A stretch of 64,000 bases of DNA from Octopus vulgaris (Eukaryota). Positions within the stretch are counted from its first letter, which is position 1. Each line of letters starts with the position of its first letter. The notes below the pieces were generated by a model. That model was not told the origin of the DNA. It made no database searches and worked only from the letters and a program-made list of their open reading frames with translations. The stretch is from positions 14,446,001-14,510,000 of the forward strand of contig OX597830.1 of the NCBI GenBank assembly GCA_951406725.2, given 5' to 3'. Position numbers and translations under genes: made by a program. Positions 52,217 through 64,000 of this stretch are shown piece after piece.

Positions 52217-53729
52217 AACAGCATCAATCACCAACAACTAACGGAATTTCAACAGATAATCTCGACCTGTTAGAAATAGCAGTCAAGTCTCCTTAAAGTT
52301 ACTCCTTACCGTCTCAAAGACATATGGGAATGTATAGCTGATTCAGAAGAAACAAAACGAAAAAAAAGACTAGTTGACTGCGAGAAATTTTGCAATATAG
52401 TAAGGCAGCGAGCTGGCAGAATCGTTAGCACCTGAGGAAAAGTGCTTAGCAGTGTTTCGTCCTTTTTACATTCAGAGCTCAAAATCGCCATGATCGACTT
52501 TGCCTTTTATCATTTTGGAGTTGATAAAATAACTACCAGTTGATCATTGGGATCGATGTAATCAACTTATCTATCTCCACCTCTGAAATTGCTGGTCTTG
52601 TGCTAAAATTTGAAACATATATTTTGCAATATAATCCACCTTAGTAATTCTTACATATGCTAATTGCAAAGCATAGTGTATATCATTGGCAGAATCGTTT
52701 AAGTGTAGGGAAACACCTGTCCGACCTCATTACACTCTGCGTTCAAATCTTACCGAGATACACTTTGCCAGCTATCCTTTCAGAATCAATAGACTAAAGC
52801 ACCAATTTTATACCGGTGTCATTATTGTCGGCTAACACCCTCTCGTCGGAATTATTTACTTCCTTCTTTCCTCAGTATCTATTATTCTTATTTTGTATAA
52901 AACTATCACAGTACCAATGTGTAATACAAAAGGATAGGTTTATGTTAACCTAGCCAGCGCTGTGTAAAGGGGTGCCAATTGTTCTGGTGACTGTGCAATA
53001 ACAGTGTGATCCTACGCTGCGAATATTAATTTCCATATTCGTTGCAGTCTCTGTTACCTTTCCACTCTCTTTGCAGTCGTAATTCAGCCATTTGGTTGCC
53101 GAATCAAAAGATCATTTTCTTCTCTCATCATTAAATACTATAAAATTGTTTTTGTCGAAAATTACTCAGCTTTTCTCAAAAGCATGTTAACTGCAGACGT
53201 CATCCCCTTGGTCTTTAAACACAAGTTACAGTAATAATGATTGGCCAAATTGCTTTGAGGGAGCGATCATTTTACACATGTCACTTTGTTGCTGATTGGT
53301 TATACGTATGACATCTACTAAAATGTGGAATGCAAAAGATGAGAAAAGATTTGCTGTTTTACAGATTAATTTGCAACTTTTATCGATGAGGAATAACGGT
53401 TTAAGTATATATAACATTTCTTGAATTATCGGCTTTGAAATAAGTTGTCTCCAGCTTTGTTACACGAAACAGCAGTTAATGTTGGAAGTATATCGACATT
53501 GAAAAACAACCAGTGACTTTTATAGTTAAACTATGCACCAACAATGGGGTCAATTCACTCTTAAATCCCTTTTCACAGGATAACATAAAGAGTAATCCTT
53601 ACTGGAATTTCTTTAACGGGATTTCTGCTCAATTAGGTAAACTTTGAAGCGAAAGAACGAAAACCACAATAACGAAAACAACGAATGAATCTTGGTAGCT
53701 AATATTTTTCTCTGGTAGATACATTTAGT

Positions 53730-53955
53730 GTAAAGTATTCTAGCCATCTCAATATGGCTAACCACTAAGGGTGGGTGTTACTGTAGCTTTTAGCCCCAGG
53801 AGATCATCGTCTCCAGCTGGCTTTAGGCACAATATCTGTGCCCTTATGATATTGTGTCTAAAGCCAGCTGGAGACGATGATCTCCTGGGGCTAAAAAGCT
53901 ACAGTAACACCCACCCTTAGTGGTTAGCCATATTGATATGGCTATTATACTTTAC
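53730..53955. repeat. Near-perfect palindrome, ~107 bp arms, 11 nt loop
   Basis: GTAAAGTA..TAGCCAT.TCAATATGGCTAACCACTAAGGGTGGG...GGCACAATATC [TGTGCCCTTAT] GATATTGTGTC...TACTTTAC. Confidence 0.95.
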
Positions 53956-54789
53956 GTTGTCGAGCGGTTACTGTTTACATCTCGCTCAGAGATTTATTGT
54001 TGCTTACATTTAGTGTGTTAGCATTTTACTATTTTCCATGCGGATCGCGTTCCTGGCTAATTTTCGTTAGTCATTACACTGATGACTTAGTTGCACATCT
54101 GGCAATCATGGTATGCTTCTTGAGGAGCTCTAAGACCCGAAACACGTTCGCCGTTGCCATCGTCTCTGTCAGAAATCAAATTAAATTCTACCTTTACCTC
54201 ATACAAAATTTGAATTGAAATTAACTGAGATTTTGTTGTAGCCAAGTCATTTTCAGGATTTTAAGATTTGAAGTTGTCACCCTTGCATCTCTTGTATATA
54301 TTTAAGCATTCACCCAGCGTTTACCTGATGAAAGTATGTGTAATCTTTGATTAATTAAAATTTTCTTCTTCGCTACCTTAGCGTCATCGTGCACACTTTA
54401 TTAATCTATATAATAATCTGCTTGTTCGTTCGTCCGTTAGTTAAAGAGGTAGAGGTGGAGTTAGTGAGAGGCAGGTTAAGAGTGGGAGAGAGGGGAGAGG
54501 AGTGACGAAAGAAGAGAGGAAAAAGTAGGGAAAGGGGATTAATACATTTAGGCCAAATGGTCACATGGTCAGCTGAAGGCAGAGGCAGCAAATGAGAGAA
54601 AAAGACGACGGGAGAAAAAGACAGGGAGAGAGAAGTGTTAACAACGTGCGGTGGGGTTGGGAGGGAATACTTATTACGTGGTTAGAGCTGGACAGGGGAG
54701 GCAGTTATATTGAGAGAGAGGTGCAGATAGCGGCGGCGGTGGTGGTGTGTTGACATTGAAAAGTATTTTTTTAATATTGAACTAATTTT

Positions 54790-55214
54790 GGATCTTTTCC
54801 GTTTGAACGGCAGTTTTTTCTAGCGATGTCATATGAAATTCTCACCCATAATTATGACCCTAATATCGATCTATTGCATTTCAATCTGTTTTAGGGTTTG
54901 GGTTAGGGGTGGGGAGAAGGGTATCTTTTTGGTATCTTTTTTTCTTCAGAAATGTAAATAAACCCAATCTGTTTCTTAAACGAGGGACATATTCATACGG
55001 CACAGAATGTTTTCACCTCAATAGACGTCAGTGATTGGTTGAAATTGCAGAAATTGAAGAAAAAACAACAAATATCTTACAAACTATAGAATTTTCTCAA
55101 TAAAGCCAAGAGAAAAAGATGTTTTATAAACACATTCTACAAGTATACGAAGTTTAGAATTTTTTAGTGACCTAGAAATTATGTTAAAAACTGCCGTTGA
55201 AACCGAAAGGATCC
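54790..55214 (-). mobile_element. Merlin-like MITE, copy 3
   Basis: TIRs present; perfect 8 bp TSD CTAATTTT. Confidence 0.92.
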
Positions 55215-55404
55215 CTAATTTTTTTATAGAGACCATCGCAGACGCTTAAGTGCAATTATTCATCGTCTGCTCACTTTAAAAAATGGTATTTGTTTCTAAG
55301 GGGTAATTTAGCCTAAAATCTGGGTTCACAAGAAATACGGTTACAAGCTGCCCGAGAAAGACGCGCAGATATAGAGCACTGATTAGAGAGGAACAGCGAG
55401 AAGA

Positions 55405-55830
55405 GGATCTTTTCGGTTTGAACGGCAGTTTTTCAAAATAATTTCCACGTAACTAAACACTTTTAAACTTCGTATACTGGTAGGATGTGTTTATAAAACA
55501 TCTTTTTCTCTTGGCTTTATTGAGAAAATTCTATAGTTTGTAAGATATTTGCTGTTGTTTTTTTCTTCAATTTCTGCAATTTCAACCAATCAATGACGTC
55601 TATTGAGGTAAAAAAAAAAACATTCTGTGCCGTATGAATATGTCCCTCGTTTAAGAAACAGATTGGGTTTATTTACATTTGTGAAGAAAAAAAAGATACC
55701 CTTCCCCCACCCCTAACCCTAATCCTTAAACAGATTGAAATGCAATAGATCGATACTGGGGTCATAATTATGGGTGACAATTTCATATGACACCGCTAGA
55801 AAAAAACTGCCGTTCAAACCGAAAAGATCC
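55405..55830 (+). mobile_element. Merlin-like MITE, copy 4
   Basis: Perfect TIRs; perfect 8 bp TSD CGAGAAGA. Confidence 0.93.
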
Positions 55831-56436
55831 CGAGAAGATATAATAAAAAGAGGAAAAAGACAACACTGATGTGAAGAAATTAATGTAGACGATCATCGAG
55901 CATATTTATAGAAAGCTAAAATTATGAATGCTAAAGATAAGCAAATCATTCTTGCTTTCTCAAATAGGTCCTCTTCATTTTTTCCATGTCAGGGAATTTA
56001 CACGGGTCCTACTAGTGTAAAATAAATCGCTCTATTTATCTTTTATATGTGTCTTTACTGGTCATTGTGTATTTGCTGACTTCTTTGTAGTATTACTATA
56101 TCAGTAAATTGAAGAAACGGGCGCAGGCGTGGCTGTGTGGTAAGAAGCTTGATTCACAGCGACATAGTTCCAGGTTCAGTCCACTCCTTGGTATTTTGGG
56201 CAACTGTCTTCAACTATAGACTCGGGCCGACCAAAGCCGTGTTAACATGTCGTACATATATATATATATGTATATATAAATTAAAACATATTCATGTTTA
56301 TACTTTTTGAGGTCTAGTTATATATTTTATAAAAATATTGAGTTGCATAATATTTTATATATTTATATTGTGAAATTTAATTTAATACTAAATTGAATTT
56401 TTACCTGTAAGTTTGGAGTTATACTCCCTAATATTA

Positions 56437-56500
<64 letters not shown>

Positions 56501-56504
56501 CATT

Positions 56505-56545
<41 letters not shown>

Positions 56546-57804
56546 TATATATGTATGTCTCTGTGTCTGTGTTTGTCCTCCATCGCTCCTTCACGATCAG
56601 TGTAGGCTTGTTTATGTCCCCGTACCCCAGCGGTTCGGCAAATTCGCTCCGGTAGAATAAGTACCAGTCTTTAAAAAGACTGGGGGCGGGGTGGTCGATT
56701 CAATCGACTATAAAATTCTCCAAGGCCGTGCCCGCAGTACGGCTGCGATCTAATATCTGAAACCAGTAGAATATAAAAGGTGAAAAATAGATTTGGCGGG
56801 AATATACAATGAAAGATGGAACACAGCTGATTAGCACACCGACCGACTGACATATTGTCTGACGATATCAACGCGATTAAGAAATACTGCAATAACATGT
56901 CTAGTTGGAAAACTAAAACGTATGTTTATCTGCTTTCTTACTCAGAAAAATAGGATAGAAGAGATTATTGCCAACTAGTTTAATACTTCTCCCTCTTTAT
57001 TTTCCTTTCACCAAAAACAAAAACTAAGCTCCACTGGAACAGTTTTTAATTAAAAATGAGATTACAATTCTTTATGTTATTCTTCATTAATTTTTGAATT
57101 AAATTCGAAGGCAGTAAAGAATTTTGTTATTATTAAATATGAGCGTCCCCCATAGCAGAGAACACGCTCAAGTGAGATATCCTTATTTACGAGAAATTCG
57201 CCATTCTTATTTGCTTCTAAAACCGCCCCCTCCCCGCGCTTCTTGTCTTTTTTCTCTGCTTCTCTCTGTCTTCATTTCTTCCTCACCTTCATCATCACTT
57301 TCCTTCAATCCATCGCAATTATTTTCTCATCCAAACTTCTCGAATGTTCTATCACCTCATCGCATACCCTTCATAAACCGCTTCTTCCTCTCTATGTCAT
57401 TTTTCTGTCTTTCTTTCATCACTTCTCTCTCACTCACTTCCCCCTCACAGCCATTCATCAATTTTTTCTTTCTCTCTCTCTCTCTCTCACTCTCCGTCTC
57501 TCCCGCCCTCTCCCGCTCTGTCCCTATATTTATTTCAATTTGGCCCTTTCCTCTCCATCTCCGTCCACTTAGCTTATTTCTCTCAATCCCTATCATTTTC
57601 ACTGCTCTTTTCTTTTCATTATCACATCTTTGATTTATATATTTAAATATATTTCTCTCTCCCTCAGTTCCTCTCCCTTTCTCTTCCTCCTCCTCCTCCT
57701 CCTCATCCGTCATATGCATATGTACATATACATATATACATATATATACACATATTTATGTTAATATGCCTATAGATGCAAACATATGTGCATATACATA
57801 TACT

Positions 57805-57858
<54 letters not shown>

Positions 57859-57885
57859 TATATATAATAATAATAAAACTACTGA

Positions 57886-58012
<127 letters not shown>

Positions 58013-58520
58013 TAGGGAGTATGGACGTATAATACATATAAACATACATCCAATAGATACACAACCATATATACATATCGCTATGTAACTTTCTCTCCTA
58101 GCACCAGCCATCTCATCTACCTTCATCTACTTTTCATTTCGGCGATAATTAATGACGACAGATGACAGACTGAGAACAAGTCCTGCAGTTGTAATTTGTA
58201 TCGACGACAATACATCGTCCTCACTGGTGCCTGTCTTTTTTTCCTTGTACTTCTTTTTGTTTTTTATATTATCGAGTCTACGTAATGAGTTTACTTCTGT
58301 GGATAGTGAGTAAGACTATGTGTACATGGGAGATTTTTTTGTTCCTATATGACCAGTATATACGCATGTGTGTATGCGCACTTCTCTGTATCCTAAGTGG
58401 GGGCCTTGTTACATGTGTGCTTGTGTGCGCAATGTTTAATGTGTCTACATTTACATAAATTTCAATGTGCTTCAATCTGTATGACAGTGCTTTCAGGGTG
58501 CGTATAAGAGAGAGATGTAC

Positions 58521-58593
<73 letters not shown>

Positions 58594-59816
58594 CGTATGT
58601 ATGTACGTGGGCGTATTTATGAATGTGTGCATGTGTACGTGTATTAATATTACTGGAAATGTATTCGGGGTAAGTTGGGTGTGTGGCATGCATTTTGGGC
58701 ATCAATCCATATTTTTAACATTATATTATTAAACTCGATGGAGGAAAAAATTTTGAAATCCAAAATATTAGAAATAGTACATTGCTTTTCGAAAAAAAAA
58801 AGACATATAACACAAAAACACGGACAATCAGATGTAAAACAAACATATCCACACAAATACACCCACATGCACACATGCATTCACATGTACACACACAAAA
58901 CACACACACACATATATGTCTGTACATGCGTGTGTATACATTACATAACTACATATACACATATATGTATGTATGCATGTATGTATGCATGTATGTAAGT
59001 ATGTAGTTACGTGTGTGAGTGTGTGTATGTATGTGTGTGTATATATGTAATTAAAAAGGCAAATATTTGTTACAATGCTGATGTAAAGTGGTAGAGTAGA
59101 GAGAAAAATAAACAAAAGCGAAAACATGACGAATGTCTGGGAATGTTCGCCGGATTCTGATAGAATGGCGGGCCAGTGTTTTTACAGTAAATATTGCAAG
59201 TTATTTGAACCAGAGAACAGTGAGAAACAATCCCAAGAAACAGGAATTAATTTTGATCTTTAATATTCTTCCACCTTCCCTTGATATGGGTGACAAGATT
59301 AATGATTATGTCAACGATGGATGCTCAGACACACCAGATGTTTTTCTCTCTAAGAGCTTCTTCCTCCTGCGACACAGACAAAAATGTTTTATCGTTCTCC
59401 CTTACAGATACCGCCATTTGTCGCCGCCTAAATGCGGTGCTGATGTTATTTTACGGAAACTAATATTATTTTCCTATGACAGGTGGATTTAATCCATGTT
59501 GTGCCAATATTAAACTTAACAACAATTTACTGTATGGTTACCCCCACTGCACTCTGACATTACGTAACATTCTGCAAAATAAACTGTTGTGTTGTTATGA
59601 CTGAATGGATCCAAAATGAAAGGCTTTCGAGTCTCCCTGATTTCATTTCAGGAATAAGGTACCTACGACGGCCTTGTTTCTTTCGTTGTTCTATTTTTGA
59701 GAGTAGCCAGTATCATGTGATTTGAGATAGACTTTGTAATTATTTCTAGCACGTCACGCTATGCTCCTTCATTGATTTATCTCTTGCAAAGTATATGTGA
59801 GGCAAAGTATATCGGT

Positions 59817-60205
59817 TTACTCTTTCACTTGTTTCGGTCATGTGACTGTGGCCATGCTGGAGCACCGCCTTTAGTCGAGCAAATCGACCTCAGGACTTAT
59901 TCTTTGTAAGCCTCGTACTTATTCTATCGGTCTCTTTTGCCGAAGCGCTAGGTTACGGGGACGTAAACACACCAGCATCGGTTGACAAACACAGAAACAC
60001 AAACATATACAGACACATACATATATATATATATACATATATACGACGGGCTTCTTTCAGTTTCCGTCTACCAAATCCACTCACAAGGTCTTTGGCGACA
60101 CGAGGTTATAGTAGAAGACACTTGCCAAAGTGCCACGCAGTGGGACTGAACCTGGAACCATGTGGTTGCTAAGCAAGCTACCTACCATACAGCCATTCCT
60201 AAGCC
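59817..60205 (-). mobile_element. SINE family A, full length
   Basis: Reverse complement of the 25245 layout. Confidence 0.9.
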
Positions 60206-60550
60206 TATATTGTTCGGCCATTGTAATTATTCCTTCCATATGTACTGTTGATTGAGTAGACTTATGATGAAGTGCGTCTTCTTTAAGCTATAGTGTACCT
60301 AAGATTGCGTACTCTGGGTTGCAGATGTCTCTTTCTAAATATATAGATTTGTTTGTTTATGTGTACTACCCTCCCTACACACACATACGTACACATACAT
60401 ATATACATACATACATATATGTATATATACATACATGTATACATACATACTCATACATACATACATACATACATAAATACATATATATATGCATACGTGT
60501 ATATATTGTCCCATATCTTTTGTATTATGACTCTCTAGCTCCCTCTCTTT

Positions 60551-60588
<38 letters not shown>

Positions 60589-60696
60589 TTATCTCATCCT
60601 ATCCATTTTTACATCTTCAATCATTGCATTCTTTGTAGAATTTACGCCTTACTTTTTGTCTATGTTTTCCATTCTGTCACTTCTTTCCCACTTTTT

Positions 60697-60742
<46 letters not shown>

Positions 60743-61492
60743 CACACCTCAGCAGTTTATCCGTTGCTCTCGATGTTTTTTCTCTAACCAAACCATTTTT
60801 TTCCCGTTTCAAATCATCATCTGACCTTTACCTCTCACACAAAGGCACTTTGATTTTTTTTCTGTTGCTTATTTCTTTGCCTTCTCATTCACGCCCATAT
60901 ATTCACCCACAACTGCTACACTCCTTAATTCACACACACAGACACACACACACTCCTGCCTGCACCTCTTGTAGAACCAAGTGTCTGAGTTAATTAGAGC
61001 AGAAGTAAACTAAATCTGATGCTTCATCCAACCGAAACTATAGAGACGTTTACTGATGCCAATCACCATAACAGATACCGTGGAAGCGCTCAGCACAGAA
61101 ATCATATTTGTGTTATTGCAACAGCGACAGACCTGCATTAACCACACTAATTAGTAACGAGGTTCGATTGAAAAAAAAAAGAAAAAGGAAAAAAAGAACT
61201 GAAGACAAAAGTGAATGGCTGTAAAATGCTACACTAATGAGAATCATCTAGTCAACAAGGTTATTGGTCACTCGCGTTGTACATTAATCGGCGAAACGGT
61301 CGCCAATCATATATAAAAGAGTAATGATTTTTAGGAATGAAGAGGGAAAAGATAAACAAAATAAATAAATAAATAGATTATTTGTCTGACCTTTCTGATT
61401 GCGGCTTCTAATCGGAACGTGGTAACTGTAGCCAAATCTAATTGTTTCCATTAGTTCGGAACAGCTTTTAATGCTTTTGCTAATACTAGATG

Positions 61493-61886
61493 GTGGAGGC
61501 GCAATGGCCCAGTGGTTAGGGCAGCGGACTCGCGGTCATAGGATCGAGGTTTCGATTCCCAGACCGGGCGTTGTGAGTGTTTATTGAGCGAAAACGCCAA
61601 AAAAGCTCCACGAGGCTCCGGCAGGGGGTGGTGGTGATCCCTGCTGTACTCTTTCACCACAACTTTCTCTCACTCTTACTTCCTGTTTCTGTTGTACCTG
61701 TATTTCAAAGGGCCGGCCTTGTCACTCTCTGTGTCACGCTGAATATCCCCGAGAACTACGTTAAGGGTACACGTGTCTGTGGAGTGCTCAGCCACTTACA
61801 CGTTAATTTCACGAGCAGGCTGTTCCGTTGATTCGGATCAACCGGAACCCTCGCCGTCGTGACCGACGGAGTGCTTCCTCCTTAAA
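61493..61886 (+). mobile_element. SINE with head C and tail 1
   Basis: A box TGGCCCAGTGG, B box GGTTTCGATTCCC, 11 bp TSD AATACTAGATG. Confidence 0.93.
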
Positions 61887-62427
61887 AATACTAGATGACA
61901 CAGACAAAAATCACATATGAAATGTTGCCGTCTCGTGTTATTGGTTTCAAATCCCACTGGAGTCATTTACTTTCAATAATAATGGTTTCTAAGGCGGCGA
62001 GCTGGCAGACATGTTACCGAGCCAGGCTTAGCGGCATTTCGCCCGTTTCATCGTTCTGAGTTCAAAATCCGCCGAGGTACACTTTGTCTTTCATCCTTTC
62101 CGATGTCCCCGAAATTGTTGGTTTTGTGCTAAAATTTCAAGCCAATAAAACTAGCTTCTAACTTAGGTGCACAAGACCAATAATTTTAAGGCGAGGATGT
62201 AATTCAATACCATCGATTTACTTGAACAGTACTTTATTTTATCTACTCGATGGTGGTGGTGGTGGTGGGGGGTGAATGGGTTACTTGACCTCAGCAGGAT
62301 ACGAACTCGGAACAGAAAGTATCAGAAGAAACGCAAGTAGTTTTGTTCTATGCTCTGACAACAGAATTGACTAAAGAGGAGACTTATTTGTATTGTGGCT
62401 TTATTTAGGCAGAAGAACGTTAGGCAG

Positions 62428-62625
62428 AAGGCGGCGAGCTGGCAGAAACGTTAGCACGCCGGGCGAAATGCGTAGCCGTATTTCGTCTGCCGTTACATTC
62501 TGAGTTCAAACTCCGTCGAGGCCGACTTTGCCTTTCATCCTTTCAGGGTCGATTAAATAAGTACCAGTTACGCACTGGGGTCGATGTAATTGACTTAATC
62601 CGTTTGTCTGTCCTTGCTTGTCATC
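62428..62625 (+). mobile_element. SINE family B, 3'-truncated
   Basis: Matches the 34203 copy up to the middle of tail X. Confidence 0.9.
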
Positions 62626-62716
62626 TCTAGAGATTTCTTGAGGCGGTTTACGTACATCAAATTCGAGAATGAGTAAAATCAGAGAAAACAATATATATGT
62701 ATGCGTGTGTTTGTAT

Positions 62717-62763
<47 letters not shown>

Positions 62764-63171
62764 CGTGCGTGTGTGTGTGTGTGTCTTTATGTTTGTCCTT
62801 TATCACCGCTTGATAACTGGTGGTGGTTTGTTTACATACCTGTACATTTGTTGTTCGGCGAGAAGAAACCGATAGCATAAGTACCATACTTCATGAAACA
62901 TAAGCACGGGAGTAGATTTGTTTGACTAAACCCTTTGTATTTGTGCCCCAGCATGGCGGCAGTCCAATGAATGAAACAAGTAAAAGATAAAAGATAAACA
63001 ATGAGAAATCTTTCTTTGCGTAGGTCGTGAGTATGATGAGAGCGAGATGAAATGCCAAAAGTCATTTCGTTCGGCGCTCTACAGCTTTTGCTATTTCGTC
63101 TCTCCTCGTCCTCTCAATAATTATTATTTCAATTTTTTTTGTCCATTGGCACCGTTGACAGTAATCGATTA

Positions 63172-63546
63172 GGATCTTTGTCATCCATAATTAGTATCGA
63201 TCTACTGCATTTCAATCTGTTTTAGGGTTAGGGTTAGGGTTAGGGGTGGGGGGAAGGGTATCTTTTTTTCTTCACAAATGTAAATAAACCCAATCTGTTT
63301 CTTAAACGAGGGACATATTCATACGGCACAGAATGTTTTTACCTCAATAGACGTCATTGATTGGTTGAAATTGCAGAAATTGAAGAAAAAAACAACAGCA
63401 AATATCTTACAAACTATAGAATTTTCTCAATAAAGCCAAGAGAAAAAAGATGTTTTATAAACACATTCTACCAGTATATAAAGTTTAAAAGTGTTTAGTT
63501 ACGAGGAAAATATTTTAAAAAACTGCCGTTCAAACCGAAAAGATCG
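63172..63546 (-). mobile_element. Merlin-like MITE, copy 5 (deletion in one TIR)
   Basis: 8 bp TSD ATCGATTA on both sides; (TTAGGG)4 followed by GTGGGGGAAGGG. Confidence 0.9.
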
Positions 63547-63834
63547 ATCGATTATTAATACTTGTTATACTGACACCGGAAGGATCAGATTCAAAATTGG
63601 ACCTGCTGAAATCGCAGAACCTAGACGGACGTACGATTTATGCAACACCATGTGGAAATATATCACGTTGGCACTGAATTGTTTCGCTTCTCACATCCTT
63701 CTCCTGGTTAATCGATTAAATCATTTATAGATTTTTTTTCTTAAGCAAATGAAACAAATAGCTGTAGTAAGAGTAGCGTAGTATGGAACAGCAATAAATT
63801 GGGTAACACTTATGGAATGTCTATTACTCTTACT

Positions 63835-64000
63835 CTCTCTCTCTTTCACTTTTTTCAGTCATTTGACTGCGGCCATGCTGGAGCACCGCCTTTAGTCGAG
63901 CAAATCGACCCCGGGACTTATTCTTTTTGTAAGCCCAGTACTTATTCTATCGGTCTCTTTTGCCGAACCGCTAACTGACGGGGACGTAAACAAACACCAG
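63835..64000 (-). mobile_element. SINE family A 3' module, running off the window
   Basis: TTTCAGTCATTTGACTGCGGCCATGCTGGAGCACCGCCTTTAGTCGAGCAAATCGACC... Confidence 0.9.

Larger units (their letters stand above)
54405..56015 (+). mobile_element. Helitron derivative carrying two nested MITEs
   Basis: A|TCTATATAATAATCTG 5' end and ...TACACGGGTCCTACTAG|T 3' end (hairpin degenerate). An R/E-rich coding-like remnant at ~55345-55880 is interrupted by a MITE. Confidence 0.65.

Noticed and set aside
57124-57719. S/L/F-rich and E/R/K-rich ORFs
   Set aside because: Both come from one polypyrimidine/polypurine low-complexity tract read on either strand.
59133-59492. 119 aa non-repetitive ORF
   Set aside because: No recognisable motif or splice support, and this length can arise by chance in 64 kb. 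RNA-seq would be needed.
61495-61570. tRNA-like sequences with A and B boxes (also at 25245, 34203, 50844 and 51846)
   Set aside because: They are SINE heads: no complete cloverleaf, followed by SINE bodies, and several copies are flanked by TSDs.
63222-63260. (TTAGGG)4 as a chromosome end or fusion scar
   Set aside because: It is an internal part of the Merlin-like MITE, and related repeats occur in all five copies.

Overview
AT-rich, microsatellite-dense eukaryotic DNA. The SINE families, the (TA)n/(CA)n/(CATA)n load and the TTAGGG motifs suggest an octopus (coleoid cephalopod) intron or intergenic region; this is recognised from memory, not from a database search. I found no convincing host protein-coding exon, and most ORFs in the track are translated microsatellites or SINEs. 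The window is a layered set of mobile elements: several modular tRNA-derived SINE families, five copies of a Merlin-like MITE (8-9 bp TSDs, telomeric CCCTAA repeats inside), three non-autonomous Helitrons, hAT and Tc1/mariner MITEs, decayed RTE, CR1/L2 and Gypsy-like pieces, and a zinc-knuckle ORF1 remnant. The strongest signal is at 47.5-50.3 kb. There a young Neptune-type Penelope-like element (RT plus GIY-YIG endonuclease) forms a ~1.25 kb-arm palindrome. Each arm carries a minimal type I hammerhead ribozyme with a U3-A8 core variant and a palindromic stem III. Several other long inverted repeats and hairpins would give dsRNA if transcribed.
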